A program made the position numbers and the translations under genes. Shown one piece after another: positions 9,317 to 18,927 of a DNA stretch of 64,000 nt; within the stretch, counting starts at the first letter, position 1; each line of letters begins with the position of its first letter. The notes beneath the pieces are model-generated. The model worked only from the letters and a program-made list of their open reading frames with translations, was not told where the DNA came from and made no database searches. The DNA lies in the sequence record SRR31156797_3177; one strand, written 5' to 3'.

Positions 9317-9408
9317 AACACTCCTCCTGTTTGTCGTTTTTCTTGACTCTACCAGGGGAGGTTTGTCATATAGTGATTAACCCCCTTTTTTTTTAAAAAA
9401 GAAAAATT

Positions 9409-10356
9409 ATGAGCCTGCTTGAACGTATCTATTTTTTCCACTCTCGAATTCGTAACAGTGGTTTTCCCAATGCCTCAGAATTGGCAGGGGAATTTGAAGT
9501 ATCGACAGCTACGGCACATAGAGATATCAATTATCTCCGTGATCGTCTTCTCGCCCCTCTTGCTTTTGATCAGCAGAAAAACGGATATTACTATACAGAA
9601 ACCGGTTTTAGTCTTCCTTTTGAAGAAAGTTCTAAAATCATTCTTTTCCTAGGTATCCTGACCTCTATCGCCGAAGAAGCAGGTCTTTCGGAACTGCCTG
9701 AATTCGACCAACTCCGCAACAAATTGACTTCCCTGGTGGTTCCTGGTCATCAGAACCTGGAACAATATCTTCATTGTGAATGGGTCGAAACCGAACCGGT
9801 GGACCATATCAACTTTATGTCTATAGTCAATGCGCTGCTTGAGCAAAAACAGCTTGCTATTGTATATGCTAAAGAGCTTCATCACTTGACCAATAGAACT
9901 CTTGACCCTCTTAAGCTGATCCATTATCAAGGTCGCTGGTACCTTTACGCATGGTGCTACCTTCGTCAATCCAGAAGACTGTTTCATCTTTCACGGATAC
10001 AAAAAGCACAACCGCTGAACAAGCCAGTCCAAAACCCCATGGACATGCAGGACACATCACTTACCGGCGTTTTCGGTATCTTTAAAGGAACGCCAACCAA
10101 TATGGTGACCATTTCCTTTAAGGGCCAGGCAGCCGAAACAGTCAGATATCAGCAATGGCACCCAGAGCAGCATCTGGATGAAAAAGATGATACATTACTG
10201 CTGACCCTACCTGTTGCCGATGATCGGGAAATCATAATGAAAGTACTCCAATTCGGCAGCTTGGCAAAAATCATTTCCCCCCAGAAACTGAGAAAAAAAG
10301 TCCACGCAGAGCTGGGTAAAATGATACAATTGTATGCGACTGAACTTTCTCTTTAA
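9409..10356 (+). CDS. HTH-WYL-WCX transcriptional regulator (YafY/DriD/PafBC-like)
   Basis: wHTH ELAGEFEVSTATAHRDINYLRD; GRWYLYAWC; RLFHLSRI; C-terminal ILQFG-like...SPQKLR segment. Confidence 0.92.
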   Translation: MSLLERIYFFHSRIRNSGFPNASELAGEFEVSTATAHRDINYLRDRLLAPLAFDQQKNGYYYTETGFSLPFEESSKIILFLGILTSIAEEAGLSELPEFDQLRNKLTSLVVPGHQNLEQYLHCEWVETEPVDHINFMSIVNALLEQKQLAIVYAKELHHLTNRTLDPLKLIHYQGRWYLYAWCYLRQSRRLFHLSRIQKAQPLNKPVQNPMDMQDTSLTGVFGIFKGTPTNMVTISFKGQAAETVRYQQWHPEQHLDEKDDTLLLTLPVADDREIIMKVLQFGSLAKIISPQKLRKKVHAELGKMIQLYATELSL

Positions 10357-10415
10357 ATACAACTATCCCACCTAACTTATTCAATTAACCAATCAAATAC
10401 TGCCTTGAGGAAAAA

Positions 10416-11426
10416 ATGGTCCCTTTTGTTACTGCTGTTGTCCTTGCCGCCGGCAAAGGAACACGGATGAAATCCGAGAAAGCCAAAGTGCTCCATGAAG
10501 TTTTTTTCAAACCCATGCTCCATCACGTACTTGACAGTATCAAGCAGACTCCAGTGCAGCAGAGCATTGTCATTGTTGGTCACCAGCAAGAGCGTGTTGA
10601 ACACTCCCTGAAGGAATACCTTCATATCCCGGTAACCCAGAAAGAACAGTTAGGGACCGGACATGCCGTGCTGTGCACTGAAAAAACCTGTGCAAATGCT
10701 GAACAGGTTATGATTCTCTGCGGTGATACACCACTAATCCGCCCAGAAATGCTCCAAGCTCTCCTTGAGCAACATCTGCACACTGATGCAACTCTTACTC
10801 TGCTTACGACTACACTAAACAATCCCTTTGGTTACGGACGGATAGTTAAAGATGACCTGAAAAATGTAACGGAGATTATCGAACAGAAAGACGCCACTGC
10901 AGAACAGCAAAAAATTCGTGAAATTAATGCTGGCATCTATCTGGTAAATAAAGATTTTCTGTTTTCCGCCCTCCATCAGGTAGGGACCAATAACAGCCAA
11001 GGTGAGGTCTACCTCACTGATATCGTCTCCATTGCTGTAAAAAACGGCCATAAAGTGCATAATTTTTCACACCCTGAAGCAATTGATGTGCTCGGTGTTA
11101 ATTCACGAGTAGAACTCGCCCAAGCCCATCAAGAGCTTCAACAGCGCTATAACTGCGAGTTGATGCTCACCGGCATCACCATGCTTTCCCCAGAAACCAC
11201 CCTGGTAGCTCCTACCTGCTTTATTGAAGGCGATTGCCTACTCTACCCTGGAAGCCAACTCACTGGAAAAACGTCGCTTGGTAAAGGTTGCATTGTAAAC
11301 ACAGGTGCTGTGCTCCATGACTGTATCGTTGCTGATAATGCTGTTATCGGCGCCCATGCAGTTCTTGAAAACTGCTCAATCGGCCAAAGCGAACGTATTC
11401 CTCCCCTGGTCCACAGAGTAGGATAA
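10416..11426 (+). CDS. glmU: GlmU-like N-acetylglucosamine-1-phosphate uridyltransferase, C-terminally short (336 aa)
   Basis: LAAGKGTRMKS, QLGTGHAV, GDTPLI, GYGRIV, EQKDA, EINAGIY, EVYLTD, GVNSR; only a few hexapeptide turns. Confidence 0.88.
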   Translation: MVPFVTAVVLAAGKGTRMKSEKAKVLHEVFFKPMLHHVLDSIKQTPVQQSIVIVGHQQERVEHSLKEYLHIPVTQKEQLGTGHAVLCTEKTCANAEQVMILCGDTPLIRPEMLQALLEQHLHTDATLTLLTTTLNNPFGYGRIVKDDLKNVTEIIEQKDATAEQQKIREINAGIYLVNKDFLFSALHQVGTNNSQGEVYLTDIVSIAVKNGHKVHNFSHPEAIDVLGVNSRVELAQAHQELQQRYNCELMLTGITMLSPETTLVAPTCFIEGDCLLYPGSQLTGKTSLGKGCIVNTGAVLHDCIVADNAVIGAHAVLENCSIGQSERIPPLVHRVG

Positions 11427-11551
11427 TTATTATTGCTGATCATTTAGCCACTGATGTGGTTTTCACTTTCTCAATGATCGACTACAGGGTAATATCCACC
11501 TTTTTTCAATGACCTCTACTTAGGCATTTAACAATACGGAGCTTTACAATC

Positions 11552-12841
11552 ATGAGTAATATAAAAAAGATGTATTCATCTATCCTTGGCGATTCATTCC
11601 CCATGGAAATGACTATTTCCTTTGATGACCAGAAACTGGTCTACCGCAAGAAGACCTGGAACATTAAATCCGCTGACGGAACCGAGGAAGAAAGAGGCCT
11701 TCGTTATGGCGAAAACCCGAACCAGGAAGCAGCACTGTACGAACTGGTCAACGGTAACCTGGTCCTCGGAGAATGCAGTTACATTCATCCGGGTAACGGC
11801 CTAGTCAGCGCCATTACCATTGATGATATGGTACAGGTGGGAAAACATCCTGGAAAAATAAATCTGACCGATGTGGATAACGGCCTGAATATTATCAAAT
11901 ACCTGGCAGATAAACCAGCTGCAGCAATACTCAAACACAACAACCCATGTGGTGCGGCTGTTGGTGCAAACCTTGCTGAGGCCTACAGTAAAGCAAACCG
12001 CGTTGACAGAATTGCAGCATTTGGCGGGGCCGTTGTTACCAGTCTCCCCATTGATAAGCAGACAGCGACATTAATGGCTGAAAATTATCTTGAGGTAGTG
12101 TGCGCACCTGATTTTGAAGAAGGCGCTCTCGATATCCTTGCCCAAAGAAAAAATCTGCGAATTATCAAGATGGACGGAATCAACAAGTTGGCTGATTTTG
12201 AGCACCACCGTTTTATTGATTTTAAATCATTGATCGATGGTGGCATTATTGTTCAGCAATCTGCTATCAACACCATCCGCAGCGTTGAAGATTTACTGCC
12301 AGCAGAAACGGTGCGAAAAGGGGTGGAATATCGATGTGAACGGCAACCCACCCAGAGGGAAATAGATGACATGCTTTTTGGTTGGGCCATTGAGCACGGC
12401 GTTACATCCAATTCGGTGCTGTATGTTAAGGACGGGTGTACTGCCAGTATTGGCACAGGAGAACAGGACAGGGTAGGTGTTGCAGAAATTGCAGTACACA
12501 AGGCGTACATAAAATATGCAGACATGCTTTGCTTTGATCTTTACGACATACCCTATGCGGAATTGGCCCTGGAAGTAGATCAAGGAAAAAAAGACGCATC
12601 CATGCTGGACGAAATTAAGATAAAAGTAACGGCAGATAATGCAGGGCTGTCAGGTTCGGTCATGATATCTGACGCATTTTTTCCTTTTCGGGACGGGGTT
12701 GATGTCGGTATCAATGAAGGCATAACAGCAATACTGCAGCCAGGAGGTTCCCTTCGTGATTTTGAATCTATCGAAGCATGCAACGAGGCAAGTCCAAAGG
12801 TGGCAATGATGTACACAGGACAACGTTCATTTAAACACTAA
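11552..12841 (+). CDS. purH: PurH-like AICAR transformylase domain protein lacking the N-terminal MGS-like domain
   Basis: LRYGENPNQ, KHNNPCG, AFGG, SN, SDAFFPFRDG, QPGGSLRD, RSFKH. Confidence 0.85.
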   Translation: MSNIKKMYSSILGDSFPMEMTISFDDQKLVYRKKTWNIKSADGTEEERGLRYGENPNQEAALYELVNGNLVLGECSYIHPGNGLVSAITIDDMVQVGKHPGKINLTDVDNGLNIIKYLADKPAAAILKHNNPCGAAVGANLAEAYSKANRVDRIAAFGGAVVTSLPIDKQTATLMAENYLEVVCAPDFEEGALDILAQRKNLRIIKMDGINKLADFEHHRFIDFKSLIDGGIIVQQSAINTIRSVEDLLPAETVRKGVEYRCERQPTQREIDDMLFGWAIEHGVTSNSVLYVKDGCTASIGTGEQDRVGVAEIAVHKAYIKYADMLCFDLYDIPYAELALEVDQGKKDASMLDEIKIKVTADNAGLSGSVMISDAFFPFRDGVDVGINEGITAILQPGGSLRDFESIEACNEASPKVAMMYTGQRSFKH

Positions 12842-12870
12842 TCATCGGACCCTTTCAACATCTCCAAACC

Positions 12871-12910
12871 TGCCGTTCGTGTGCTTAACTCCAAGTGCCC
12901 GCGAGCGGCA
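12871..12910 (+). terminator. Stem-loop between convergent purH and oxidoreductase genes
   Basis: tgccgttcgtg...cgcgagcggca; pairs using G-U on the + strand RNA. Confidence 0.5.
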
Positions 12911-12918
12911 GACTCTTC

Positions 12919-13902
12919 TTACGGTAGTGTCACCCACTGCTTTTTTCGGGCGGCTTCAAGGCAGGCTTCACATATTTGAACAGACACTAATCCTTCGATT
13001 CCAGGCACTGGATTTGGCGCCTGTAAATACAGATATTGTTCCCACTCAAGGAGCAACGGTACAATGGTACTCACCGGTTCAACCGGACTCAGATCAGTAA
13101 TGACCTGCTGCTCTATTTTTGTACATTTATTGTAAATTTGTTCGCCCTGAAGCTGACATTTATCGCCAACAAATTCAAACAGGCCGGATCGAGCGTGGCC
13201 CACCTTGGAACAGTCAACCGTACCTACCACCCCATTATCCATTTCGATCAAAACAGCCAATACATCTTCAAGCTGCTTCTCCCCTATTGAACGAGTTACA
13301 GCAGCTACTTTTCTTATTTCCAGGCCTGTAATGTAACGTAGGGCATCAAAAACGTGCACTGCTGTGTGAAAACTAACCCCAGCACCGGCCAGATCAGGGT
13401 CCTCATGCCATTCAAGGGTAGAAGGCTCCAAGCGCTGGTTGGCAGAAAAAGTATGCAGTATCCCTATCTGCTCAATATTTTGCTTCAATGCCTGAACAAC
13501 GGCATTGTAGCGGAGAGTCTGACCCGTTGTCAGCTGCAATCCCAGTTCACTTTCTAAGGCTACGATCCGGCGAGCATCCTCCAGACTGCCAGCCAGTGGT
13601 TTTTCTATCAGCACCGGTTTGTTAACTCGAGCACATTCCGTGGCAATGGCCAGGTTCATGGTCGGTGGTACTACTGCTACCACACAGTCAACATCACTAC
13701 TGGTGATCAGTTCCTGCCAGTCTGTATAAAAAGAGCATCCCCACTGTTTTGCCTGCCCAATGCCTTCGACAGAACGGCGGGCTATAGCGGCAAGACGCAT
13801 GCCGGGGATATCATGGGCCAAATGGTTAGCATATCTGCTACCGTGTTTACCAGTGCCAATCACCCCTACTCGTAAAATTGGTTGCTTACTGTTTCCAATC
13901 AT
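12919..13902 (-). CDS. Gfo/Idh/MocA-family NAD(P)-dependent oxidoreductase
   Basis: RVGVIGTGKHG Rossmann motif, VLIEKP, HVFD; start moved to ATG 13902 to avoid overlap (ORF is open to 13977). Confidence 0.88.
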   Translation of the reverse strand: MIGNSKQPILRVGVIGTGKHGSRYANHLAHDIPGMRLAAIARRSVEGIGQAKQWGCSFYTDWQELITSSDVDCVVAVVPPTMNLAIATECARVNKPVLIEKPLAGSLEDARRIVALESELGLQLTTGQTLRYNAVVQALKQNIEQIGILHTFSANQRLEPSTLEWHEDPDLAGAGVSFHTAVHVFDALRYITGLEIRKVAAVTRSIGEKQLEDVLAVLIEMDNGVVGTVDCSKVGHARSGLFEFVGDKCQLQGEQIYNKCTKIEQQVITDLSPVEPVSTIVPLLLEWEQYLYLQAPNPVPGIEGLVSVQICEACLEAARKKQWVTLP

Positions 13903-13937
13903 AGCTGGGCCCCCGACATTCTCTATTTGGTCGTATT

Positions 13938-14453
13938 TTAAGTGGCGCTCTCGGCAGGCGCACATAATCCCTGCCAAGTTGGTGGAAGCTGCTCCAGTGG
14001 TATTTGGAGGGCGGTTATAAATTCACAAAAGTGGGTAAGCGAGCAATTAAAAGCTTGGGATGTTTGCCCTCCCCCTTTCTCATTACATTCCAGAGTGATA
14101 AACGCAATCAATGCCTGGCCAACAACCTCCCGGTATTGGGTACTTTCAATTTGAACCCGCCTGCAAAAATTCTGCAGTCGATTCCAGTTCACCCTAGCCC
14201 GTTCCACCCCCCTGAACAAAGAAAGTAAGCGGTTTTCAGCAGTCAGATCTCTAAGAATAATTTCAAGATAACGGCCTGCAACGGCATTATGCAGTGCACC
14301 TAGTTCCTCCGCAGTAAGGACCATTCCCGGTCCCTCAGCATCATGGGTGAGGTACTCTAAAGTAGAATGGAATACTATTTCAGGTATTTCCCCAGAATCA
14401 CGGATAATGAGCAACTCCTCTTGGAGGATCAGCTCCCGTTCTTCATTAATCAT
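13938..14453 (-). CDS. Hypothetical protein immediately downstream of hemA
   Basis: 171-aa ORF starting 6 nt after the hemA stop on the same strand. Confidence 0.7.
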   Translation of the reverse strand: MINEERELILQEELLIIRDSGEIPEIVFHSTLEYLTHDAEGPGMVLTAEELGALHNAVAGRYLEIILRDLTAENRLLSLFRGVERARVNWNRLQNFCRRVQIESTQYREVVGQALIAFITLECNEKGGGQTSQAFNCSLTHFCEFITALQIPLEQLPPTWQGLCAPAESAT

Positions 14454-14459
14454 GATGTA

Positions 14460-15743
14460 CTATTTCAGGGGTTCATTGTTATCCAAATTAAAAAGCCCTC
14501 TCACCACAGTAATCCTCTCAGTCCGGCTGGCACAATGGTGGTCTGACTTCAGATACTGCAGAGGGTGATGCATAAGCTTTTTGGCGATGGCAGATGCCAT
14601 TCTTTCCATGGAACGCTTGTCACCATCAGTGAGGCCGTCTATACGGTTAACCGTCTTCTGGTACTCTCCCATTACGACCTCATCTACCATCCTGCGCAGT
14701 TCGATGATTGTCGGTGTAGTAACAAGATTTTCAAGCCACTTGGTGAACTTGATTTTTTCCTCAGCTACAATCCGTTCGGCCTTGACTGCCTCTCTATCTC
14801 TTTCACTCTTATTCATCTCGACAACATTATTCAAATCGTCGATATCATACAGGTAGACATTTTCCAACTCGTTTATTCCGGCATCCAGGTCTCGGGGTAC
14901 TGCAATATCGATAAAAAAGAGTGGTTTATTACGGCGCTCACGCATCACAGTACGTATGTCATCTTTATTGAGGATAACCTCTGTTGCCCCAGTGGAACTG
15001 ACAACAATATCAACCTGCTCAAGTTGTCCAAGTACTTCCTCAAGAGCCACAGCATGACCATTAAAACAGCGGGCAAGGGTAACGGCCCGCTGCAGGGTGC
15101 GATTGGCAACCACTACATCAGCAACCCCCTGCCCCACCAGATTCTCTGCCGCAAGCTCTGCCATCTCTCCAGCCCCGATGAGCAACACCTTTTTGTCATG
15201 TAGGTCGCCAAATATTTTTTTGGCCAGCTCAACCGCAGCATAACTTATAGAAACAGCACTAGCACCTATACCGGTCTCAGTCCTGACCCTTTTTGCAGTG
15301 GAAAAAGCCTTGTGCAAAAGTTTATTTAGCACAAATCCGGAGCTTTTATGTTCTGAGGCATAACGATAGGCTTCTTTCAACTGGCCCAGGATTTGCGCTT
15401 CGCCTACAATCATGGAATCAAGGCTGGCGGCGACCATGAAAAGATGCTCCACAGCTTCTTCGTCCTGATAATGATAGACATACTCTTCCAGATCTTTTCC
15501 GGTAACCGCATCCGCAAAAAGCATTTCGAGCACTCGGTTGCTGCAGGTTACCGGTTCTCGACAGGTAAACAATACCTCCACCCGATTGCAGGTAGAAAGC
15601 AGGTAACATTCTTTTATTCCATCCAGCTGACTGAGCAAATCCAGTGACTGATCATAGCCGCCTGAAATGGCAAGTTTTTCTCTTATTGCCAGTGGGGTGG
15701 TTTTATGATTGACCCCCAGCAGAACAATGGTATCACGAGGCAT
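14460..15743 (-). CDS. hemA: Glutamyl-tRNA reductase
   Basis: LSTCNRVE, SLDSMIVGEAQILGQLK, IGAGEMA, NRT, DIAVPRD. Confidence 0.97.
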   Translation of the reverse strand: MPRDTIVLLGVNHKTTPLAIREKLAISGGYDQSLDLLSQLDGIKECYLLSTCNRVEVLFTCREPVTCSNRVLEMLFADAVTGKDLEEYVYHYQDEEAVEHLFMVAASLDSMIVGEAQILGQLKEAYRYASEHKSSGFVLNKLLHKAFSTAKRVRTETGIGASAVSISYAAVELAKKIFGDLHDKKVLLIGAGEMAELAAENLVGQGVADVVVANRTLQRAVTLARCFNGHAVALEEVLGQLEQVDIVVSSTGATEVILNKDDIRTVMRERRNKPLFFIDIAVPRDLDAGINELENVYLYDIDDLNNVVEMNKSERDREAVKAERIVAEEKIKFTKWLENLVTTPTIIELRRMVDEVVMGEYQKTVNRIDGLTDGDKRSMERMASAIAKKLMHHPLQYLKSDHHCASRTERITVVRGLFNLDNNEPLK

Positions 15744-16551
15744 AGATATGAACCCCTTTCAACAGAAAGGATACCCCCCAAAAGGTAAATATGGCTGAAA
15801 CAAAGGCTATAATACTGATAAATGCAATCCGCCGACCGCGCCATCCCACTGTAAAACGCTGGTGCATAACCGCGGCATATAGAAACCAGGTAACAAGTGA
15901 CCAGGTTTCTTTCGGTTTCCAATGCCAGTAGGCACCCCATGCCTGCTTGGACCAGAGTACACCGGTTACCAATCCTAATGTGAGTAATGTAAAACCAACA
16001 CTAAGGCAATGATGGTTGAGTTTATCCAGTGCCTCCAAAGAAGGGAGACGGGAATAAAATAGGCCGAACCGTTTCTGCTTAATTTCCCTTTCCTGCAAAA
16101 GATACATAATGCTGCCGATAAAAGACAGGGCCAGGAAAGCGTAGGCAACCAGTGAAATTGACGCGTGAACTGGCAGCCACCAGGACTGGTATACAGGAGT
16201 TAAAGGAATAATTTTTCGGGAGGAAAATGCGGCAATCAGCATTAACACAACCACGAGGGTACTGACAAAAGTTCCGAGGTTTTTTACGGTATAGCGCCAG
16301 CGAAAAGAGAGATAGCTCCATGCCGTTGCCCAGGCGAAAAAGGATATGGTTTCGTGATGACTGGTTATGGGTGTATGCCCAGCCTCAACATATCTGAAAA
16401 TAATATTAAACGTATGGAGTACAGCACCCATAAAAAACAGCCAACGGGCAGCCTTCCTCACTTTTTTTTTCTCTGAGAGAAAGAAAAAAAGATAGGTTGC
16501 TGCTGATAACAGATAAATAATACAACTTATTTGAAAAAGTAGAAAACTCAT
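15733..16551 (-). CDS. ccsA: Cytochrome c biogenesis membrane protein (CcsA/ResC family)
   Basis: Multiple TM helices, WLPVH, tryptophan-rich WSKQAWGAYWHWKPKETWS motif. Confidence 0.9.
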   Translation of the reverse strand: MSFLLFQISCIIYLLSAATYLFFFLSEKKKVRKAARWLFFMGAVLHTFNIIFRYVEAGHTPITSHHETISFFAWATAWSYLSFRWRYTVKNLGTFVSTLVVVLMLIAAFSSRKIIPLTPVYQSWWLPVHASISLVAYAFLALSFIGSIMYLLQEREIKQKRFGLFYSRLPSLEALDKLNHHCLSVGFTLLTLGLVTGVLWSKQAWGAYWHWKPKETWSLVTWFLYAAVMHQRFTVGWRGRRIAFISIIAFVSAIFTFWGVSFLLKGVHIYAS

Positions 16552-17213
16552 AGCCGGTTCTCTCTGATGTCCATCCAGTCAATCTCAACGGTTGACCCCA
16601 AGACGTTGTTTACGTGCTCTTCAACCAGCTCCCATTGGCCGGTTTTTATCCAACTGAGTATATCGTGATGGAGAATTTTCTGGAATAAAATTCTTTTCTT
16701 CTGTTGCCCTTCATCCCTGACAAGAACTTGACTTCGAATAGCTGCGACAAGATTGAGCAGAATTCCGTACTCTTCGCCTATTTCACTTTCCAGACGCTTT
16801 TTCACCATGGCAGACATGGCAGGGCTTTTACCGTTTGTTGAAATGGCAAGGGTAAGGTCGCCACGATGGATGGAAGCGGGAACATGAAAGCTGCACCCCT
16901 TGGGATCATCAGCTATATTAATCAATAATTTTTCCTCTTCCGCATCCCTTTGAATACGCTTCTGTACCACTGGGCTTGAGGTGGCAGCAAAGACAAGAAA
17001 GGCCCCGCCTAAATCCCCACGCTCATATTCCTTCCGGTGCCATCTAACCCGGTCCCCCGAAGCCATTGCCTGGAGACCGGGACTGAGTTCAGGGCTTACA
17101 AGCCGAACTATGCCCTCCTGGTCAAGGATATCTCGAACTTTACGTTCAGCCACACCACCTCCACCGATGACTACACAAAGCTTATCTTTTAATTGCAGAC
17201 AAACAGGATACAC
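16548..17213 (-). CDS. sirC: Precorrin-2 dehydrogenase / sirohydrochlorin ferrochelatase (SirC/CysG-N)
   Basis: YPVCL, VIGGGGVAERK, NIADDP, AISTNGKSP. Confidence 0.92.
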   Translation of the reverse strand: MYPVCLQLKDKLCVVIGGGGVAERKVRDILDQEGIVRLVSPELSPGLQAMASGDRVRWHRKEYERGDLGGAFLVFAATSSPVVQKRIQRDAEEEKLLINIADDPKGCSFHVPASIHRGDLTLAISTNGKSPAMSAMVKKRLESEIGEEYGILLNLVAAIRSQVLVRDEGQQKKRILFQKILHHDILSWIKTGQWELVEEHVNNVLGSTVEIDWMDIRENRL

Positions 17214-17306
17214 GTTTTTTTAAAAGGCTCAGGTTAAAAAAGAGATCTAAAAAGCAGGTAGGCAAACGGCAGGTTCCTCTCGGTGCCAACCAATAGAGAC
17301 GTTTAC

Positions 17307-17996
17307 TTATTTCCTTAATAAACGGGCAAGTAGAATGATTTTATCGCCATCCAAACTTTTTAATGTCCGCTTGACGACACTGATTGTAAAATCCTGCTGC
17401 GCCAGTTCGAAAAATGGGGCTATATTGCGACGACTGGCATCATGCGAGAGCAGGATTTCACCGCCGGGGCGTAATGCGGTTTTAAAAATTTGAATAAGCG
17501 GTTCAAAAAACTCGTCACGATATAGTATCTCCGACCCGGCAATGACATCATACTGCCCTATATCAGAAGGATTAAACCAATCGAGAAATTCAAACCGTAC
17601 TCCTGGCAAATTGCTTGCGGCAGCATTAATTCGCTGAAACTGCTGAATGCGTTCTTCAAAATCGGTCAAGGTGACTTCATATCCTGCTGCAGCTGCAACG
17701 AGTCCACTAGCTCCCAATCCTGCACCTAGTTCTAACAAACTCGTCCCAGGCTGGGGTTTCTGTCCGGCAAAATAATTCGCAAGAACGATGGCAGCTTCCC
17801 ACAGTCGTGTCCAGAGGGGAAAGTCAGAAGGATTCTTTAAGGGGTCTTTACCGTCGAGAATCTGCTCCAGATCTGTACACTTCAGGAGATTAAGTCGATG
17901 CTTCTGTACCTTGAGCGGCTCAAAAGCAACCTTTAACTGTTTTTTCAGCGATGTATAGAGGGCCAGTTCTTCAGCTGGCAGAGTTTGCGGATCCAT
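17307..17996 (-). CDS. SAM-dependent methyltransferase (METTL21/Methyltransf_16-like)
   Basis: LWEAAIVLA, LELGAGLG, LTD, LDW, DVIAGSEILY. Confidence 0.8.
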   Translation of the reverse strand: MDPQTLPAEELALYTSLKKQLKVAFEPLKVQKHRLNLLKCTDLEQILDGKDPLKNPSDFPLWTRLWEAAIVLANYFAGQKPQPGTSLLELGAGLGASGLVAAAAGYEVTLTDFEERIQQFQRINAAASNLPGVRFEFLDWFNPSDIGQYDVIAGSEILYRDEFFEPLIQIFKTALRPGGEILLSHDASRRNIAPFFELAQQDFTISVVKRTLKSLDGDKIILLARLLRK

Positions 17997-18045
17997 AAAT
18001 TACACAATTACCAATCAGATAGATATTTTATTGCTCAAACAAATT

Positions 18046-18855
18046 TTAGTGCAGGGTGTACCAGATAAACCCTACTAACGAAAGACTCAAACAGTAATAA
18101 CCAAACCAGTGCAGCTGTCCTTTGCGGACAAATCGCATTAACAATATAATAGCAAAATATCCAGAAATAAGAGAGGCTAGCGTACCGACCATAACATGCC
18201 CCATTTCACTACTGCTCGGCGGTGCTGCTATAAGCTCACTGATCTGCAATACAGCAGCACCCATAATAGCGGGAATAGACATGATAAAGGAAAACCGGGC
18301 GACGGTCTCCCGGTGAACGCCCAATGCCATTCCCGTGAAAATGGTGGAGCCACTTCGAGACAACCCAGGCAGGATAGCCATGGCCTGGGCCACCCCTATC
18401 CAAAGGGCCTTTGTCCCGGTTATCGCCCCCTTCTGCTTCTTAAGTCTTGTGGTTAGCAACATAATGCATCCGGTTACCGCAAGCATACTAAACGTGACAA
18501 GAATATTGCTGAAAAATTGTTCTATGGAGTCTTTAAGAAATAGACCGACAAAAACGGCAGGGAGCGTTGCAATTAAGATATATATATTCCACATGAAGGC
18601 ACGCTGTAATTCAGCATCAGCCTTACGCTGGGTTGGTGTGGAAAAAAGAGCACGCACCATATGGAGTAAATCTTTGCGAAAGGCTATCACCACCGCAAGC
18701 AGGGTTCCAACATGGAGAAAAACTTCAAAGGCAATACCTGGATCATGAAAGTTCAGTAACTCCGAGCCAATAACAAGATGACCAGAACTTGAAACAGGTA
18801 AAAATTCAGTGAGTCCTTGGATGATCCCAAGGAGAATGGCTTTCAAAAATTCCAT
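18046..18855 (-). CDS. uppP: Undecaprenyl-diphosphate phosphatase
   Basis: QGLTEFLPVSSSGHL, PGLSRSGSTI. Confidence 0.95.
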   Translation of the reverse strand: MEFLKAILLGIIQGLTEFLPVSSSGHLVIGSELLNFHDPGIAFEVFLHVGTLLAVVIAFRKDLLHMVRALFSTPTQRKADAELQRAFMWNIYILIATLPAVFVGLFLKDSIEQFFSNILVTFSMLAVTGCIMLLTTRLKKQKGAITGTKALWIGVAQAMAILPGLSRSGSTIFTGMALGVHRETVARFSFIMSIPAIMGAAVLQISELIAAPPSSSEMGHVMVGTLASLISGYFAIILLMRFVRKGQLHWFGYYCLSLSLVGFIWYTLH

Positions 18856-18869
18856 AATACGGCCGGCAT

Positions 18870-18914
18870 AAAAAAAGAGCGGGGCAGTGTATCACCGGCC
18901 CGCTCTAAAAAAAA
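18870..18914 (-). terminator. Intrinsic terminator after the ExtJ-like gene
   Basis: agagcggg...cccgctct stem; the A run at 18870-18875 gives a U tail on the minus strand. Confidence 0.7.
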
Positions 18915-18927
18915 TGTGAAAAATCTA

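Noticed and set aside
11872..11880. Perfect DnaA box (tgtggataa)
   Set aside because: Single copy inside the purH coding sequence; no cluster
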